Shown piece after piece: positions 1 through 9,420 of a stretch of DNA of 64,000 nucleotides. The translations under genes and the position numbers were made by a program. Each line of letters starts with the position of its first letter. Position 1 is the first letter of the stretch. The stretch comes from a virus: IMG/VR virus record IMGVR_UViG_3300036546_000248. One strand, written 5' to 3'. The notes below the pieces were generated by a model. The model searched no databases and was not told where the DNA came from. It saw nothing but the letters and a program-made list of their open reading frames with translations.

Positions 1-762
1 CGCCGTGATCCTGTCACCGGCAGTTACGTCATTCGCATGGTAGATGGTCAACCGGATTTCGAGATCCTCCACAATATCGGAGACCCGGTGTTGGTCAATG
101 GCGAGCCTCAGTACGCACACCGTAAAGGTGATTTGGTGTTGGACAGCAATGGGCAACCCATTGTAGCCAGTCCGCGTAAAGTGGTACGTCAGGTGGATCT
201 GTTCCTGGTGGATGGTCTTTACTACTTTGCCGACGATGAAACCACGTTGACCTATACCCGCTCCATTCCGAATACGGTGGTTGGGTGGTTGGAAAACGAT
301 ATCACCATGGCATCGAAGAAGATGCTGGAACTGACCGACCTGTACTTCTATCCACAACGAACCACAGGTTATGTGGATGCGCTGGTCTTGGAAGGCTTTG
401 AGATTCGCTTGGAGGTTGAGCAGGCGCTTCACATTGAGCTGTACATGACCAAGAGTGGGTATGAAGATCTTCCGTTGCGAGCCTCTATCGAAACCAGTAT
501 CTTGGAGATTCTGGCCGATGAGTTCAAACGGGATACGGTTCGTTGCATCGACATCGAAAACCGAATCATTGCGTCTGCTAAAGACCAAGTGATTACGGCG
601 ATGGTGTCAGGGTTGGGTGGCTCCAGTAACTACCGAGTGGTAACGCTGGTCGATCAGTCTGCACGCTTTGGCATTCGCAAAAAGCTGCAGGCCTTGGCCG
701 ACGGTACCTACTCGGTGGTGGACGATGTCACCATCAGCTTCCTGCGACACACCAACGCATAA
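1..762 (+). CDS. C-terminal part of a large putative virion structural protein (5' partial)
   Basis: Frame 1 is open from base 1 (RRDPVTGSYVIRMVDG...) to TAA at 760-762, followed by a terminator. It lies in the virion-gene block. Confidence 0.6.
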   Translation, partial: RRDPVTGSYVIRMVDGQPDFEILHNIGDPVLVNGEPQYAHRKGDLVLDSNGQPIVASPRKVVRQVDLFLVDGLYYFADDETTLTYTRSIPNTVVGWLENDITMASKKMLELTDLYFYPQRTTGYVDALVLEGFEIRLEVEQALHIELYMTKSGYEDLPLRASIETSILEILADEFKRDTVRCIDIENRIIASAKDQVITAMVSGLGGSSNYRVVTLVDQSARFGIRKKLQALADGTYSVVDDVTISFLRHTNA

Positions 763-764
763 AA

Positions 765-809
765 GGCGGCATACAGGGAGGCCGAAGCCTCCCTGTACTT
801 TTATGCCGC
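765..809. terminator. Bidirectional hairpin terminator flanked by CGGCATA / TTTATGCCG
   Basis: TACAGGGAGGC-CGAA-GCCTCCCTGTA between convergent genes. Confidence 0.85.
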
Positions 810-813
810 GTGA

Positions 814-1986
814 TTACAGCTTGATCTTGGAGGCATGTTCCAGCGCTTTCTTCACTTCTGCGTCGTCGTCTTGGACTGCCAAGGCGGCTACCCGCTTAAG
901 TTTAGTAGCAGCGTACTTTTCCATACTCATCCAGAACTGGCGCGAACCAGACGAAGCCATACTGCACATCCGGGTGAAAGTCATCAATTGTTGCAGACCA
1001 CTACGCAACGAATAAGACACTTTGTTGATCGCTGCACGGTGATCAGCATCAAGGTCTTTGTTCTTTGAGACTTTCTGCTCGATCTTCTCGACCCGTTTTT
1101 CAAGAGTCGCTGTTTCATGGAAACCGCGTCCGTAGACTTTCGAGTCGCTACCGGTGTGGCCTTTATTACGTTGGAACACTTCTTCCAAATCGTGACGGAA
1201 CTCGACCTTGATGTCGCGCATCGAGGTGAGACCTTCCATGATTTCAGACATGGCACTACTGGCTGTTTCCGAGGAGAACTTGGTGATGTGACTCAATGCT
1301 TGAGGCAAGCTCAGGTCCTTGGGGTCAACCAGTTGGCTCTGTTCCACCGAAACATCTTTGGCATCCACCAACTTTTCCAGTAGGTCGACCGAGGACTTGA
1401 CTTTCTCGAAGAGACCACTGGCCACCTTGTGAGCATCGGCGATGACGTGAGCCACTTTACCGTTGGTGATGATCTCTTTGAGGAAGGGGTTGAAGTAACC
1501 ACTGATCTGCTGCTGATACTGTTCGTTCAGCTGCTTAGTGATTTCATCAACCTTGGCCTTGGCCTCACTGTTCATGTTAGCCACGATCCGGTCACAGACC
1601 TTGAGGCAGCGTTCGGTGGATTCGACATGACCATCGAGTTTCTTGATGGTGAATTCGATCTTCTCACGCGACTTCTTGATGTATTGGAAGATCTTGAGGG
1701 CCAATACAGCCACAGCGGCCACAGCACCTGCAATCACAAGGGCGGTCTTGAGATCAATAGATTCCAACGTCACCTTAAGGTTAGTCTGGGTGGGAGTTTG
1801 GCTGTAGTAAGCGTAGTTGGTCTCTTCCGGCAGCAGGTGAGAAGCTTTCTCGGCCATCGCACGCGATACACCGCCAGCTTCCTGAACCCCGTTCAAAAAG
1901 CCATCGATGTCCAAGGTGATGGCTTCAAGGGCGGCGAGCTGTTCTTCTTCAGTCCCGAGATCTGGAATTTCCAGTTCTTCATTCAT
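814..1986 (-). CDS. Putative internal head protein, probably proteolytically matured
   Basis: 390 aa with an acidic N-terminal propeptide carrying ALE/TLE sites like phiKZ prohead-protease sites, then a hydrophobic segment and coiled coil. Confidence 0.6.
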   Translation of the reverse strand: MNEELEIPDLGTEEEQLAALEAITLDIDGFLNGVQEAGGVSRAMAEKASHLLPEETNYAYYSQTPTQTNLKVTLESIDLKTALVIAGAVAAVAVLALKIFQYIKKSREKIEFTIKKLDGHVESTERCLKVCDRIVANMNSEAKAKVDEITKQLNEQYQQQISGYFNPFLKEIITNGKVAHVIADAHKVASGLFEKVKSSVDLLEKLVDAKDVSVEQSQLVDPKDLSLPQALSHITKFSSETASSAMSEIMEGLTSMRDIKVEFRHDLEEVFQRNKGHTGSDSKVYGRGFHETATLEKRVEKIEQKVSKNKDLDADHRAAINKVSYSLRSGLQQLMTFTRMCSMASSGSRQFWMSMEKYAATKLKRVAALAVQDDDAEVKKALEHASKIKL

Positions 1987-1992
1987 GACCGA

Positions 1993-2427
1993 TTACTCCG
2001 CTGCGACGATGAAATGTGCACCGTCAAGCAAAGCCGGACAGGCCTTGAGGAACTCCACCGTCTTGTTGTCGACTTCGCTGATACCACCACAGATGGCGAG
2101 GCTCAGAAGCTTCTGACCCAGCGGGTGAGTCGGTTCATGAACCAGCAGGTAGCGGGTGTACCAGACCCGGAAGATCAGGTCTTCTGCCGTGTCGATGTCC
2201 AGCGGCAGCGCTTCGTTCAGTTCGTTGAGCTTGTCGTACACAGCCGTCTTGACGGAGGTGCGGTAGTAGCTGCGAGCGTTGTCAACACGAGCCGACGGCA
2301 GAACCAGATCACGACCGACTACGCTGGCGGCGAGAATGGCGGTAGCACGCGGACGATCATACAGACCGACGTTGCAGCTGTTCAGGTGGTTGGTGATTTC
2401 TTGGGTGAGTTGGCGCAGGTTATCCAT
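1993..2427 (-). CDS. Hypothetical protein (virion block)
   Basis: 144-aa ORF tightly packed between two virion genes on the same strand. Confidence 0.7.
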   Translation of the reverse strand: MDNLRQLTQEITNHLNSCNVGLYDRPRATAILAASVVGRDLVLPSARVDNARSYYRTSVKTAVYDKLNELNEALPLDIDTAEDLIFRVWYTRYLLVHEPTHPLGQKLLSLAICGGISEVDNKTVEFLKACPALLDGAHFIVAAE

Positions 2428-2441
2428 GGGGGAGTCTCGCT

Positions 2442-3704
2442 TTAAGAAAGTTGTTTGAGGCGCTCGTGGGCTAGGAACAGATCGTTATTGACCAGTTTCT
2501 CCAACTCCACTTGGAACTTGAGCTGTTGGTACTGTTGACGACCCGATGGCAGAACCGAGGTGTAGAACATCTCGATCAATCCACGTTTGTCATCCACTTG
2601 TTTGAGCAGTTGATCCACCGCTTTGATGTCCAGCAGTGTTTCAGCCTTACGCTCAGCCGACATCTTTTCCGATTTGATGGCTGTCATCATCTCATTACGG
2701 ATGCGGCGCAGACGCGCCTCAGGCGGATCGTAGGTTTTCTCAGCCGGGTTGATGAACAGGATCAGGAGGAACAGGCCGAAGGTCAACGCCGAGAAGAAAA
2801 AGAACAGTGCCACGTTGAACACCGTCGCAATCACGTGTCCGGCGGTGGTGCGATACGAACTACCGCCACCATAGGAGCGCATGATCTTGTCCAAACCGGT
2901 TGCCAGAGCCCGTCCTGCGCCCATACGGACAGCAAACTGATCAGCCAAGGCCTCGGTAGCGGTGAGGTCATAAATCGGCGTGCCGAGCGAGCTGCGCGTA
3001 TTCAGGATCTTCTTACGGACGAACACTGTCTGGAAGACCTCTTTGTCCGTACATTCCACCAACGACTCAACGTCATCGATTTCCACGTCCAGTGCTTTAC
3101 AGGTTTCGTGGACCAGACGCACTTTACGAACCTTGTCGTCAGCCTTGAAGAACTGTTGGGTGGCGGCGTGCAGTACGATGTTCGTGGTCAGCACGTGACC
3201 CAGGAACTCGTAGTAGGTGAAAAGGTGACCCAGTTCGTGCAACATCACCGCTGCGATTTCTTCGCAACTTACGAGCTTGCTTTCAAACATCCCACGCAGC
3301 ACAACAGCTTTGTGTTGTACTTGGGAGAATGCACCGCCTAAGCGACCATGAGCCAGGTCAACCCAACCGACCACCTGATCCAGCTTCTTATTCTTGATCA
3401 GACCATCGAAATCGTCTGTGCCCAAGTATGGCTTGAAGTAGTTGTACACCAGTGGATTGTTTTTATCCACAGTTGGGATATGAACGTAGGCATTGAGATC
3501 CGATGAGTCTTCAACTTCGAAGCTCACCTTCACTCCGGTGCGATTGAAGATGATGGCAGGGATGTCAATGGCTTTGAGGGCCTTGCCTTTGTAGGCCTTC
3601 TCTTCGCGGATGCGTTGGAAAGCCAGTGTCAGCTCTTTAAAGAGCAGATCGGATTGGACCTGGATGGCCTCCAGTCCGAGATTGAGTTTTCGTGGGGTAA
3701 GCAT
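2442..3704 (-). CDS. Virion head protein with HExxH zinc-metalloprotease-like motif (phiKZ gp84-like)
   Basis: Start reassigned to ATG 3704 (GGAG RBS; MLTPRKLNLGLEAIQ with a GLE site). Contains MLHELGH, EALADQFA and a C-terminal hydrophobic hairpin. 420 aa. Confidence 0.7.
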   Translation of the reverse strand: MLTPRKLNLGLEAIQVQSDLLFKELTLAFQRIREEKAYKGKALKAIDIPAIIFNRTGVKVSFEVEDSSDLNAYVHIPTVDKNNPLVYNYFKPYLGTDDFDGLIKNKKLDQVVGWVDLAHGRLGGAFSQVQHKAVVLRGMFESKLVSCEEIAAVMLHELGHLFTYYEFLGHVLTTNIVLHAATQQFFKADDKVRKVRLVHETCKALDVEIDDVESLVECTDKEVFQTVFVRKKILNTRSSLGTPIYDLTATEALADQFAVRMGAGRALATGLDKIMRSYGGGSSYRTTAGHVIATVFNVALFFFFSALTFGLFLLILFINPAEKTYDPPEARLRRIRNEMMTAIKSEKMSAERKAETLLDIKAVDQLLKQVDDKRGLIEMFYTSVLPSGRQQYQQLKFQVELEKLVNNDLFLAHERLKQLS

Positions 3705-3765
3705 GTCAGCTCCGAAACCAGAAGAGGGCCTAAAGAAAAGATCACTCATACTGATAACGGAGAGG

Positions 3766-3808
3766 GGGGGCATAAGAACCCAACCCCAGCCCCTAAGGGC
3801 CGGAGTGG
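3766..3808 (-). terminator. Minus-strand terminator hairpin followed by TTCTTATGCC
   Basis: CCCACTCCGGCCC-TTAG-GGGCTGGGGTTGGG pairs using G.U wobbles only on the minus strand. Confidence 0.6.
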
Positions 3809-4028
3809 GCAGGAGGAAACGGGAAAGCCATCCGACAACCAATCCCCTGAGAGCCATAGGCTGGGGGAGTCCGTAGGTGCCAAGGGATTGCTGGATCAAC
3901 TTCCCCAGAGCGATGTTGGGCCAAACACCTCTCATACTAAGGTTAGAAAAGTAGTTAATTACTGACCCTGTTAAAAAACACCACCTGTCCTGATAATATG
4001 TCTTAAGGGCCTGATTGGAGTACCAACG

Positions 4029-5492
4029 ATGTCGCTGCCCGTACCTAGCGAGAATATTAAAGGCATTGAATGTAAACACGCGGTTTACACACTGCCGAAT
4101 GACGATGGTGATGGGGATGCCCTGATCGTCAAAGAAGTCATTCACACCAAAGACGGTCAATTGATCCCGAACCTCAAGATCATCGAAAACTACAAGCGCG
4201 ATTTTTTCTATGCGCGTGAAGGTCAACGTAACTATACAGAAAAGAAGACTCAAGAAAAAATTAATAACCTGCAACGTTACACCTGCACCCAACGTAACCT
4301 GCTCAGACAGATTGCGCGGGCTAAAGGGGTGGGTACTTTGCGTGGGGGTTTGCGTCAGATTGCACGCGACCCTTATTTGTACGGGTGTGACATCACCACA
4401 CCCACGCTCCTTAAACGTGAATACCAACTGCGTTCTCCAGATTGCTTGTCCCCCAATGGCGTAGCGGTATTCGACATCGAGACGGATGTTGTCCACGGTA
4501 CTGAACAACCCATCCTGATGGCCTTGACGTTTAAGGACAAAGTCTACCTGGCTGCGACCAAGTTCTTTGTAGGTCAAGACGTTCGCTTCTTGGAAAAGCT
4601 TAACAAAGCCATTGAAAAGTACTTGGAGAAGTACACTAAAGAGCGCAACATTACCTACGAACTGGAGATCGTTGAGACACCCGGTGAAGGCATTCGGCGT
4701 TGCTTTGCCAAAGCCCACGAATGGAAACCTGAATTCGTCACCATCTGGAACATCGACTTCGATATCCCCAAATGCGTCAAGCAATTGGAAGCTGAAGGAA
4801 TTGATCCAGCTCAAGTTTTCAGCGATCCATCGGTTCCCGAGCGCTATAAGTTCTTCCGCTACAAGCAGGGCAACGCTACTAAGAAAACCGCTTCGGGTCG
4901 AATCGATTCGATTCACCCAGCCGAACGGTGGCACGTAGCCGAATGTCCAGCGACGTTCTTTCTGATCGACAGCATGTGTGTGTACAAGCGTATTCGAATG
5001 GCTAAGCAAAACCTGCCTTCGTACAGCTTGGACTACGTAATGAAGGAGGAGTTGTCGGGGCTTGGTAAGCTTAAGTTCGAAGAGGCCGACGAATATGCAG
5101 GGTTGGCATGGCACGTGTTCATGCAGACCTATTACAAAGTCGAATATGCGGTCTACAACATCTTCGACTGTATCGGTGTAGAACTGTTGGATGAGAAGAC
5201 CAAAGACTTGCAGCTGGTTATCAGTACCCAGTCGCGGGCTTCGGAATACACCATCTACAATTCGCAACCTCGTCGTTTGGTGGATGACTTCTATTTCTTC
5301 TGTCGTGACCGAGGCTATATCCTAGGTTCGTGTAGCAACGAAATGGTCCATGAATTGGACGCTTACGTTGTTGGCATGAATGGACACATCGTGACCTTAC
5401 CCTCTCACCAGACAGTGGATAACGGCGTCCGCGCTATTAAAGAACTGCCTGATGTAAGGACCTACATTCGTCGTCACGTAGCCGACTTGGAT
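4029..5492 (+). CDS. Split family-B DNA polymerase, N-terminal subunit (exonuclease + motif A), exon 1 (phiKZ gp82-like)
   Basis: ExoI FDIETD, ExoII WNIDFDI and ExoIII YNIFD are present. The ORF stops at ...VADLD, the first half of PolB motif A. Confidence 0.85.
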
Positions 5493-5849
5493 TAATTAAA
5501 AGTCCCTTCAGACTGGAAGGTCTGAATGTAAACTCTTCTAATTGCTGGAAACCCCTGAGAGCTGTTCCACCACTGCGAGGCGAAAGCCAAAGCCACGGTT
5601 TGAAAACGGAACGGATTGGGCAACCGTGGGTCCTAAGGACCCCTTTAGCAGCCAAGCTCCTCTATGCGAAAGCAGTGGAGAAGGTTCAACGACTATCCCG
5701 CAAGGGAGTAGGGACAAGCGTCCCGAAACGGAGAGCACCCGACCCACCGTATGGTGAAGGGTGATGATATAGTCTCGGCATGTGGGGAAAGCCCACAGCA
5801 GTGCTTGATCGCACGGGGTAAAGTGTTGCGACTTAACCCGAAGATACCG
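5493..5849 (+). mobile_element. Group I intron (IA2-like), no internal endonuclease ORF, 357 nt
   Basis: P1 GGAU/GUCC with a U.G wobble at the 5' splice site, AATTGCTGGAAA (5540-5551), CAGCCAAG, GTTCAACGACTA (P7 5691-5695), P7.1/P7.2 hairpins, GATATAGTC (P7' 5770-5774) and terminal G 5849. Splicing restores DLD-IVSTYPN in frame. Confidence 0.9.
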
Positions 5850-6080
5850 ATTGTCAGCACGTACCCGAACGTTCAGGTGATCCTGAATATCTCGCGTGAG
5901 ACCACGCTTTACGAACTGTACAAGATCAAAGGGTGTAATGAATACCAAATGAGAATGGCTGGGTATAACCTGACAGGCGGTCACGTGAATGCGGTAGAAA
6001 TTGCAGTCGACATCATGAAAGCCCCGAGCTTTGATCGGATGCTGGCAGAGTTCCTTATGGACCATCCAGACGCAGCATAA
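5850..6080 (+). CDS. DNA polymerase N-terminal subunit, exon 2
   Basis: IVSTYPNVQVILNISRET completes PolB motif A (DxxSxYP). The spliced product is 564 aa. Confidence 0.85.
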   Translation: MVSTYPNVQVILNISRETTLYELYKIKGCNEYQMRMAGYNLTGGHVNAVEIAVDIMKAPSFDRMLAEFLMDHPDAA

Positions 6081-6127
6081 AAGGGTTGTACGCTAGGCTC
6101 CCTAGGGAGCCTAGTGCTTTTATGCCG
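6075..6127. terminator. Bidirectional terminator with GCATAAAA / TTTTATGCCG
   Basis: CTAGGCTCCC-TA-GGGAGCCTAG between convergent genes. Confidence 0.8.
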
Positions 6128-6583
6128 CTACTTCCCACACCAGTCGTACTTGGTACCGCCGTCATAGGCGACAGCATGTCCACGTTCAACCATGGCGGTT
6201 CCTACATTGATGTCGTCTATGTAGACATCAGCCAAAAGACGGAAATACTTATCTCGGGCAAGGTTATGGAGTTCGATCTTCTGACCGCCTCTCAGTGCCC
6301 CTAATAGAAAATCTTTAGCCAAACCTGCTTTGTGACGCTCCGCTGCTCGCAGGACGTCGGTACTGCAACTGCTGCGAATCTCCGGGGTGTCTATCCCGTT
6401 GATCCTGACAGGTAACTCATGACCAAAGACATCCAACATCCCAGGCAGTTGTACCTTAAAGGTATCGCCATCATAGACTTCGACTACATTAGCCGAAGGC
6501 ATGCGGATCATGTCAGTGGCCCACAGTGGACTCGGGAGCAATAGCGCACACAAGAAAACTACCCGGATTAAAAGAGAACGCAT
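6128..6583 (-). CDS. Thermonuclease (staphylococcal nuclease family) with signal peptide
   Basis: VVEVYDGDT, VRINGIDTPE, DKYFRLLA and MVERGHA motifs. ATG 6583 has a GAGG RBS and starts a hydrophobic N-terminus ending LWA. Confidence 0.85.
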   Translation of the reverse strand: MRSLLIRVVFLCALLLPSPLWATDMIRMPSANVVEVYDGDTFKVQLPGMLDVFGHELPVRINGIDTPEIRSSCSTDVLRAAERHKAGLAKDFLLGALRGGQKIELHNLARDKYFRLLADVYIDDINVGTAMVERGHAVAYDGGTKYDWCGK

Positions 6584-6742
6584 ACCCCACCTCACCAAAA
6601 AAAAAAAGAAACAGTTAAGCCTTCGACACCCAGCCACAGAAGTGACTGGGCGCCTTGGGTCATACCATTTCTGGGGGGGGGGGAGGTTAAGTCCTTCTAA
6701 AACAGCATAAAAAAAGAAATGGGGTCCGAAGACCCCTTTAAT

Positions 6743-7060
6743 TCAAACGGCGACCGCTGGGGTGCGTGGGTGGTAACTGGCCATGACCTTGAGGCCTCGC
6801 TCTTCTAAGTACGAAGAGTAGTCCGCCTCAGACCCTTGCTCTTTACACAACCCAATAAAGTTAAGGAGTTTATAGGTCCCGGTCGAATCGTCCACCGTAT
6901 AAAACCCAACTTCACCTTGCAGGTCTTCCATGGGGTCTACCACCACCACGTGGTATTCACCATCCACTGAACGTACAATGTAAGCGCTGATCACACTCAC
7001 TTCTTCAAGCCTTGCAGACGTAACGTCCTGCAAGGTATGCAAGGCCTTGGTGCCATTCAT
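6743..7060 (-). CDS. Hypothetical protein
   Basis: 105 aa, GGAG RBS, followed by a hairpin terminator at about 6720-6736. Confidence 0.7.
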   Translation of the reverse strand: MNGTKALHTLQDVTSARLEEVSVISAYIVRSVDGEYHVVVVDPMEDLQGEVGFYTVDDSTGTYKLLNFIGLCKEQGSEADYSSYLEERGLKVMASYHPRTPAVAV

Positions 7061-7096
7061 TTACGTGTTCTCCCTAGAACTTGAATGAGCAGTCGT

Positions 7097-7354
7097 TCAG
7101 TAGATCCGACACAGAGGACGTGTGGAGCTAGCGTCGACACCCACAGTGATGCACTTGGGTTCTTCGATAGCCGCTACATCTACATCAAAGTACGATTCAG
7201 TGGCCCAGGTAAACAAGAAGCCTACCACAAACAGGATCGACAGGTAGATAATCCATCGACCTTGGCGACGCAGTTGGATCTGTTCACTGGGTGTGAGTGG
7301 TCGATGATGTACGTTCGAGGTGGCGAGAATCGTACTGGAAATGTTTTTGTGCAT
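7097..7354 (-). CDS. Small single-pass membrane protein
   Basis: WIIYLSILFVVGFLFTWA hydrophobic segment, GGAG RBS. Confidence 0.6.
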   Translation of the reverse strand: MHKNISSTILATSNVHHRPLTPSEQIQLRRQGRWIIYLSILFVVGFLFTWATESYFDVDVAAIEEPKCITVGVDASSTRPLCRIY

Positions 7355-7676
7355 CTTCTTCTCCGAGTCCTAATTCCTGAAAGGCGTGCTTGATTTTCCG
7401 TCTAACCCAATAGGCAGAAGGAACCTTACCTCCATTCAACCGCTTGTGCGTATACTGCAAGTTACGCGCCATGAACAGGTAGTGGTACGGAATGTACCAG
7501 TACACAGGTCCGCTACCCCGACGAACGTGGATACTCTGAAACAACTTCTCGTTTTCGGGGGTGATGTTCCCAAGGTGGTATTGACGGATCTGCTCACGCT
7601 CTTCTTCATTCAGCGGTTCGTTGTTATGAAACAAGTAGCTGGTAGGTTCTTCGTGCTGGGGTTTGTGAGCGTTCAT
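7284..7676 (-). CDS. Hypothetical protein, paralogue of 8936-9364
   Basis: 130 aa. ATG overlaps the upstream stop and the protein shares a WVRRKxKxA motif. Confidence 0.65.
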   Translation of the reverse strand: MNAHKPQHEEPTSYLFHNNEPLNEEEREQIRQYHLGNITPENEKLFQSIHVRRGSGPVYWYIPYHYLFMARNLQYTHKRLNGGKVPSAYWVRRKIKHAFQELGLGEEDAQKHFQYDSRHLERTSSTTHTQ

Positions 7677-7879
7677 ACGCGACCTCTTACGGGGTACACC
7701 CGTTGATTGTGCAGGGTGTAGGTGTGGTGCAGTTCATCAATCGCTTTACGCGTGCGATGCAGGTTAAGTTCCACGAAGCGGCGTTGAGCGCTGTCGCTGG
7801 CTATCTTGAGATCTTCTTCCAGATGCCGCTCATTGGCAACGAGGCATGACAATCGAATCAAATACTGTTTACGACACAT
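7673..7879 (-). CDS. Small hypothetical protein
   Basis: 68 aa, AGGAGG RBS, ATGA coupling to the next gene. Confidence 0.6.
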   Translation of the reverse strand: MCRKQYLIRLSCLVANERHLEEDLKIASDSAQRRFVELNLHRTRKAIDELHHTYTLHNQRVYPVRGRV

Positions 7880-7933
7880 TTACGTATCCTCCTAAGGATA
7901 ACAGGATGCCCCTCCGAAGAGGGGCGTTATTAC

Positions 7934-8392
7934 TCAGTCGTCGTAGGAAGCGAGTTCCTCTGCAATCTGTTCTGCCTGTCGAGCACGACAGCTACCACAG
8001 ACTTCATAGACCGGACCGTTTGAACCTTCATCGATGTCACGCGTGTAACGAAGGTCTTTCTGGGTGGTGACTTTCTTACACCACTCACATTGAGCTTCGT
8101 CTTCGGCATGCCTCTCGGTGAAGTACTGCTGAAGCTCCTGCTCGAGCGTATAACACTCTTCGCAGTAATGGTAATACTCAGCGCCGAACGAATCGGTTTC
8201 GCCTTGTACACGCACCGTAGCGTCGTTCTCACACTGCCACTCTTCACCCTTGGCGTACTGAAGCTTCAGAGCATCAGATGCTTTATTAGCATCGATGATC
8301 TCCTTCATGGTTTCGAAGTAGCCGGATTGTTCGAACTCACATACTGTGGATTCACGAACAGTGGTGACACGACCTGGAAGATTACTGAACAT
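7934..8392 (-). CDS. Hypothetical zinc-binding protein
   Basis: CxxC pairs (CEEC, CEWC, CGSC), AAGGAG RBS and an upstream early promoter. Confidence 0.7.
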   Translation of the reverse strand: MFSNLPGRVTTVRESTVCEFEQSGYFETMKEIIDANKASDALKLQYAKGEEWQCENDATVRVQGETDSFGAEYYHYCEECYTLEQELQQYFTERHAEDEAQCEWCKKVTTQKDLRYTRDIDEGSNGPVYEVCGSCRARQAEQIAEELASYDD

Positions 8393-8448
8393 AGTGTTCT
8401 CCTTAGAACGAGGGGGGAATAAGTGGTTTGGTTAATCCACTCACCTAG

Positions 8449-8456
8449 GTAATATA
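8449..8456 (-). promoter_or_regulatory. phiKZ-type early promoter (TATATTAC)
   Basis: Exact TATATTAC with an AT-rich upstream tract, 57 nt before ATG 8392. Confidence 0.75.
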
Positions 8457-8470
8457 GATCTGAGATTTTT

Positions 8471-8926
8471 TTATTTCGGTAGGCTCAAATCGAAGCATTC
8501 TGCGAACTCCAAGACGAACTCATCCATCCAATCTTGTACGTACATCACGTTCCAGTAAGGGGTGGCTTGAAGTCGTTTAAAGTCCAGTCGGGAAACTCGT
8601 TGTAACTGACCCAAGATCCTCTCGATTCTCCGCATGAGGAAAGGAACCTCCTCCACTTGGGTTTGTACAGTTTCACGATAGACCACCAAATACGGATGGT
8701 CTTGGTGCACACTAAGCTCACTGACAACCACCTCGGCTAAATACAACCGAGCCCCTATGTCCACTTGGGCCTCAATCGGGAGGATGTGGCCATAGTAGTT
8801 GTAGAGGGAATCGGAAGTCAGGTTGAGGTGTGGGGTGCGCGGTACAATCTGGGTAACAAACCGATCAAAGTCGGTAATCTCACGATTATCAACTTCAAGA
8901 ACCAAATACCTGATTACACTCGCCAT
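8471..8926 (-). CDS. Hypothetical protein
   Basis: 151 aa, AGGAG RBS. Confidence 0.7.
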   Translation of the reverse strand: MASVIRYLVLEVDNREITDFDRFVTQIVPRTPHLNLTSDSLYNYYGHILPIEAQVDIGARLYLAEVVVSELSVHQDHPYLVVYRETVQTQVEEVPFLMRRIERILGQLQRVSRLDFKRLQATPYWNVMYVQDWMDEFVLEFAECFDLSLPK

Positions 8927-8935
8927 GGAGCACTC

Positions 8936-9364
8936 CTACGTTTTTGGTTTTGCACAACTGTCGATCTGTTCTAAGAGAGCCACTTGGGCACGCGCTTTAA
9001 GGTACCGACAGGCCTGTTTGCGTTTGCGCCTAACCCAATGTGCGTCTGGCGGAAGTTGGTTATGCTTATTAGCCGAGACCTCTTGGGTGGACGTGTTGGA
9101 GAACAGTAACCACAACGGATAATGTCTCAGTCTACCCCCTACCGCTCGCAACACTATCGCTTGGCGAAAGGTCCGACGAGCCGCAGGAGATGCATCTTTC
9201 GGATTCTCAAGGTAGGTGCGAATCAAATGGGCGTTACTACCTTCGGGTTTGACACGACGCACGCGAGAATCTTTCGTACAACCCGCCCGCATAAAGACCA
9301 CTGGCTGTTCAGGTTTGGGTTCAGTGAAACCTAATGCCGACAACAAAGAAGCGGGAAACTCCAT
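8936..9364 (-). CDS. Basic hypothetical protein, paralogue of 7284-7676
   Basis: 142 aa, AAGGA RBS, WVRRKRKQA. Confidence 0.65.
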   Translation of the reverse strand: MEFPASLLSALGFTEPKPEQPVVFMRAGCTKDSRVRRVKPEGSNAHLIRTYLENPKDASPAARRTFRQAIVLRAVGGRLRHYPLWLLFSNTSTQEVSANKHNQLPPDAHWVRRKRKQACRYLKARAQVALLEQIDSCAKPKT

Positions 9365-9420
9365 GTGACATCCTTAGTTTAAGTTTATTCAAGGTATAGT
9401 TCAAAAAAGTACGATATTAC

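Noticed and set aside
3705..5267. N-terminal 520 aa of the 941-aa ORF 2442-5267
   Set aside because: Mostly an antisense shadow of the DNA polymerase gene, and it crosses a terminator. The real start with an RBS is at 3704.
5751..5849. N-terminus of the 109-aa ORF 5751-6080, and minus-strand ORFs 5437-5655 and 5538-6065
   Set aside because: These read through intron RNA structure. Only 5850-6080 is coding (exon 2).
6597..6683. A11 and G11 homopolymers as phase-variation switches
   Set aside because: They are intergenic, and A-runs elsewhere belong to terminators. A single sequence gives no evidence of length variation.
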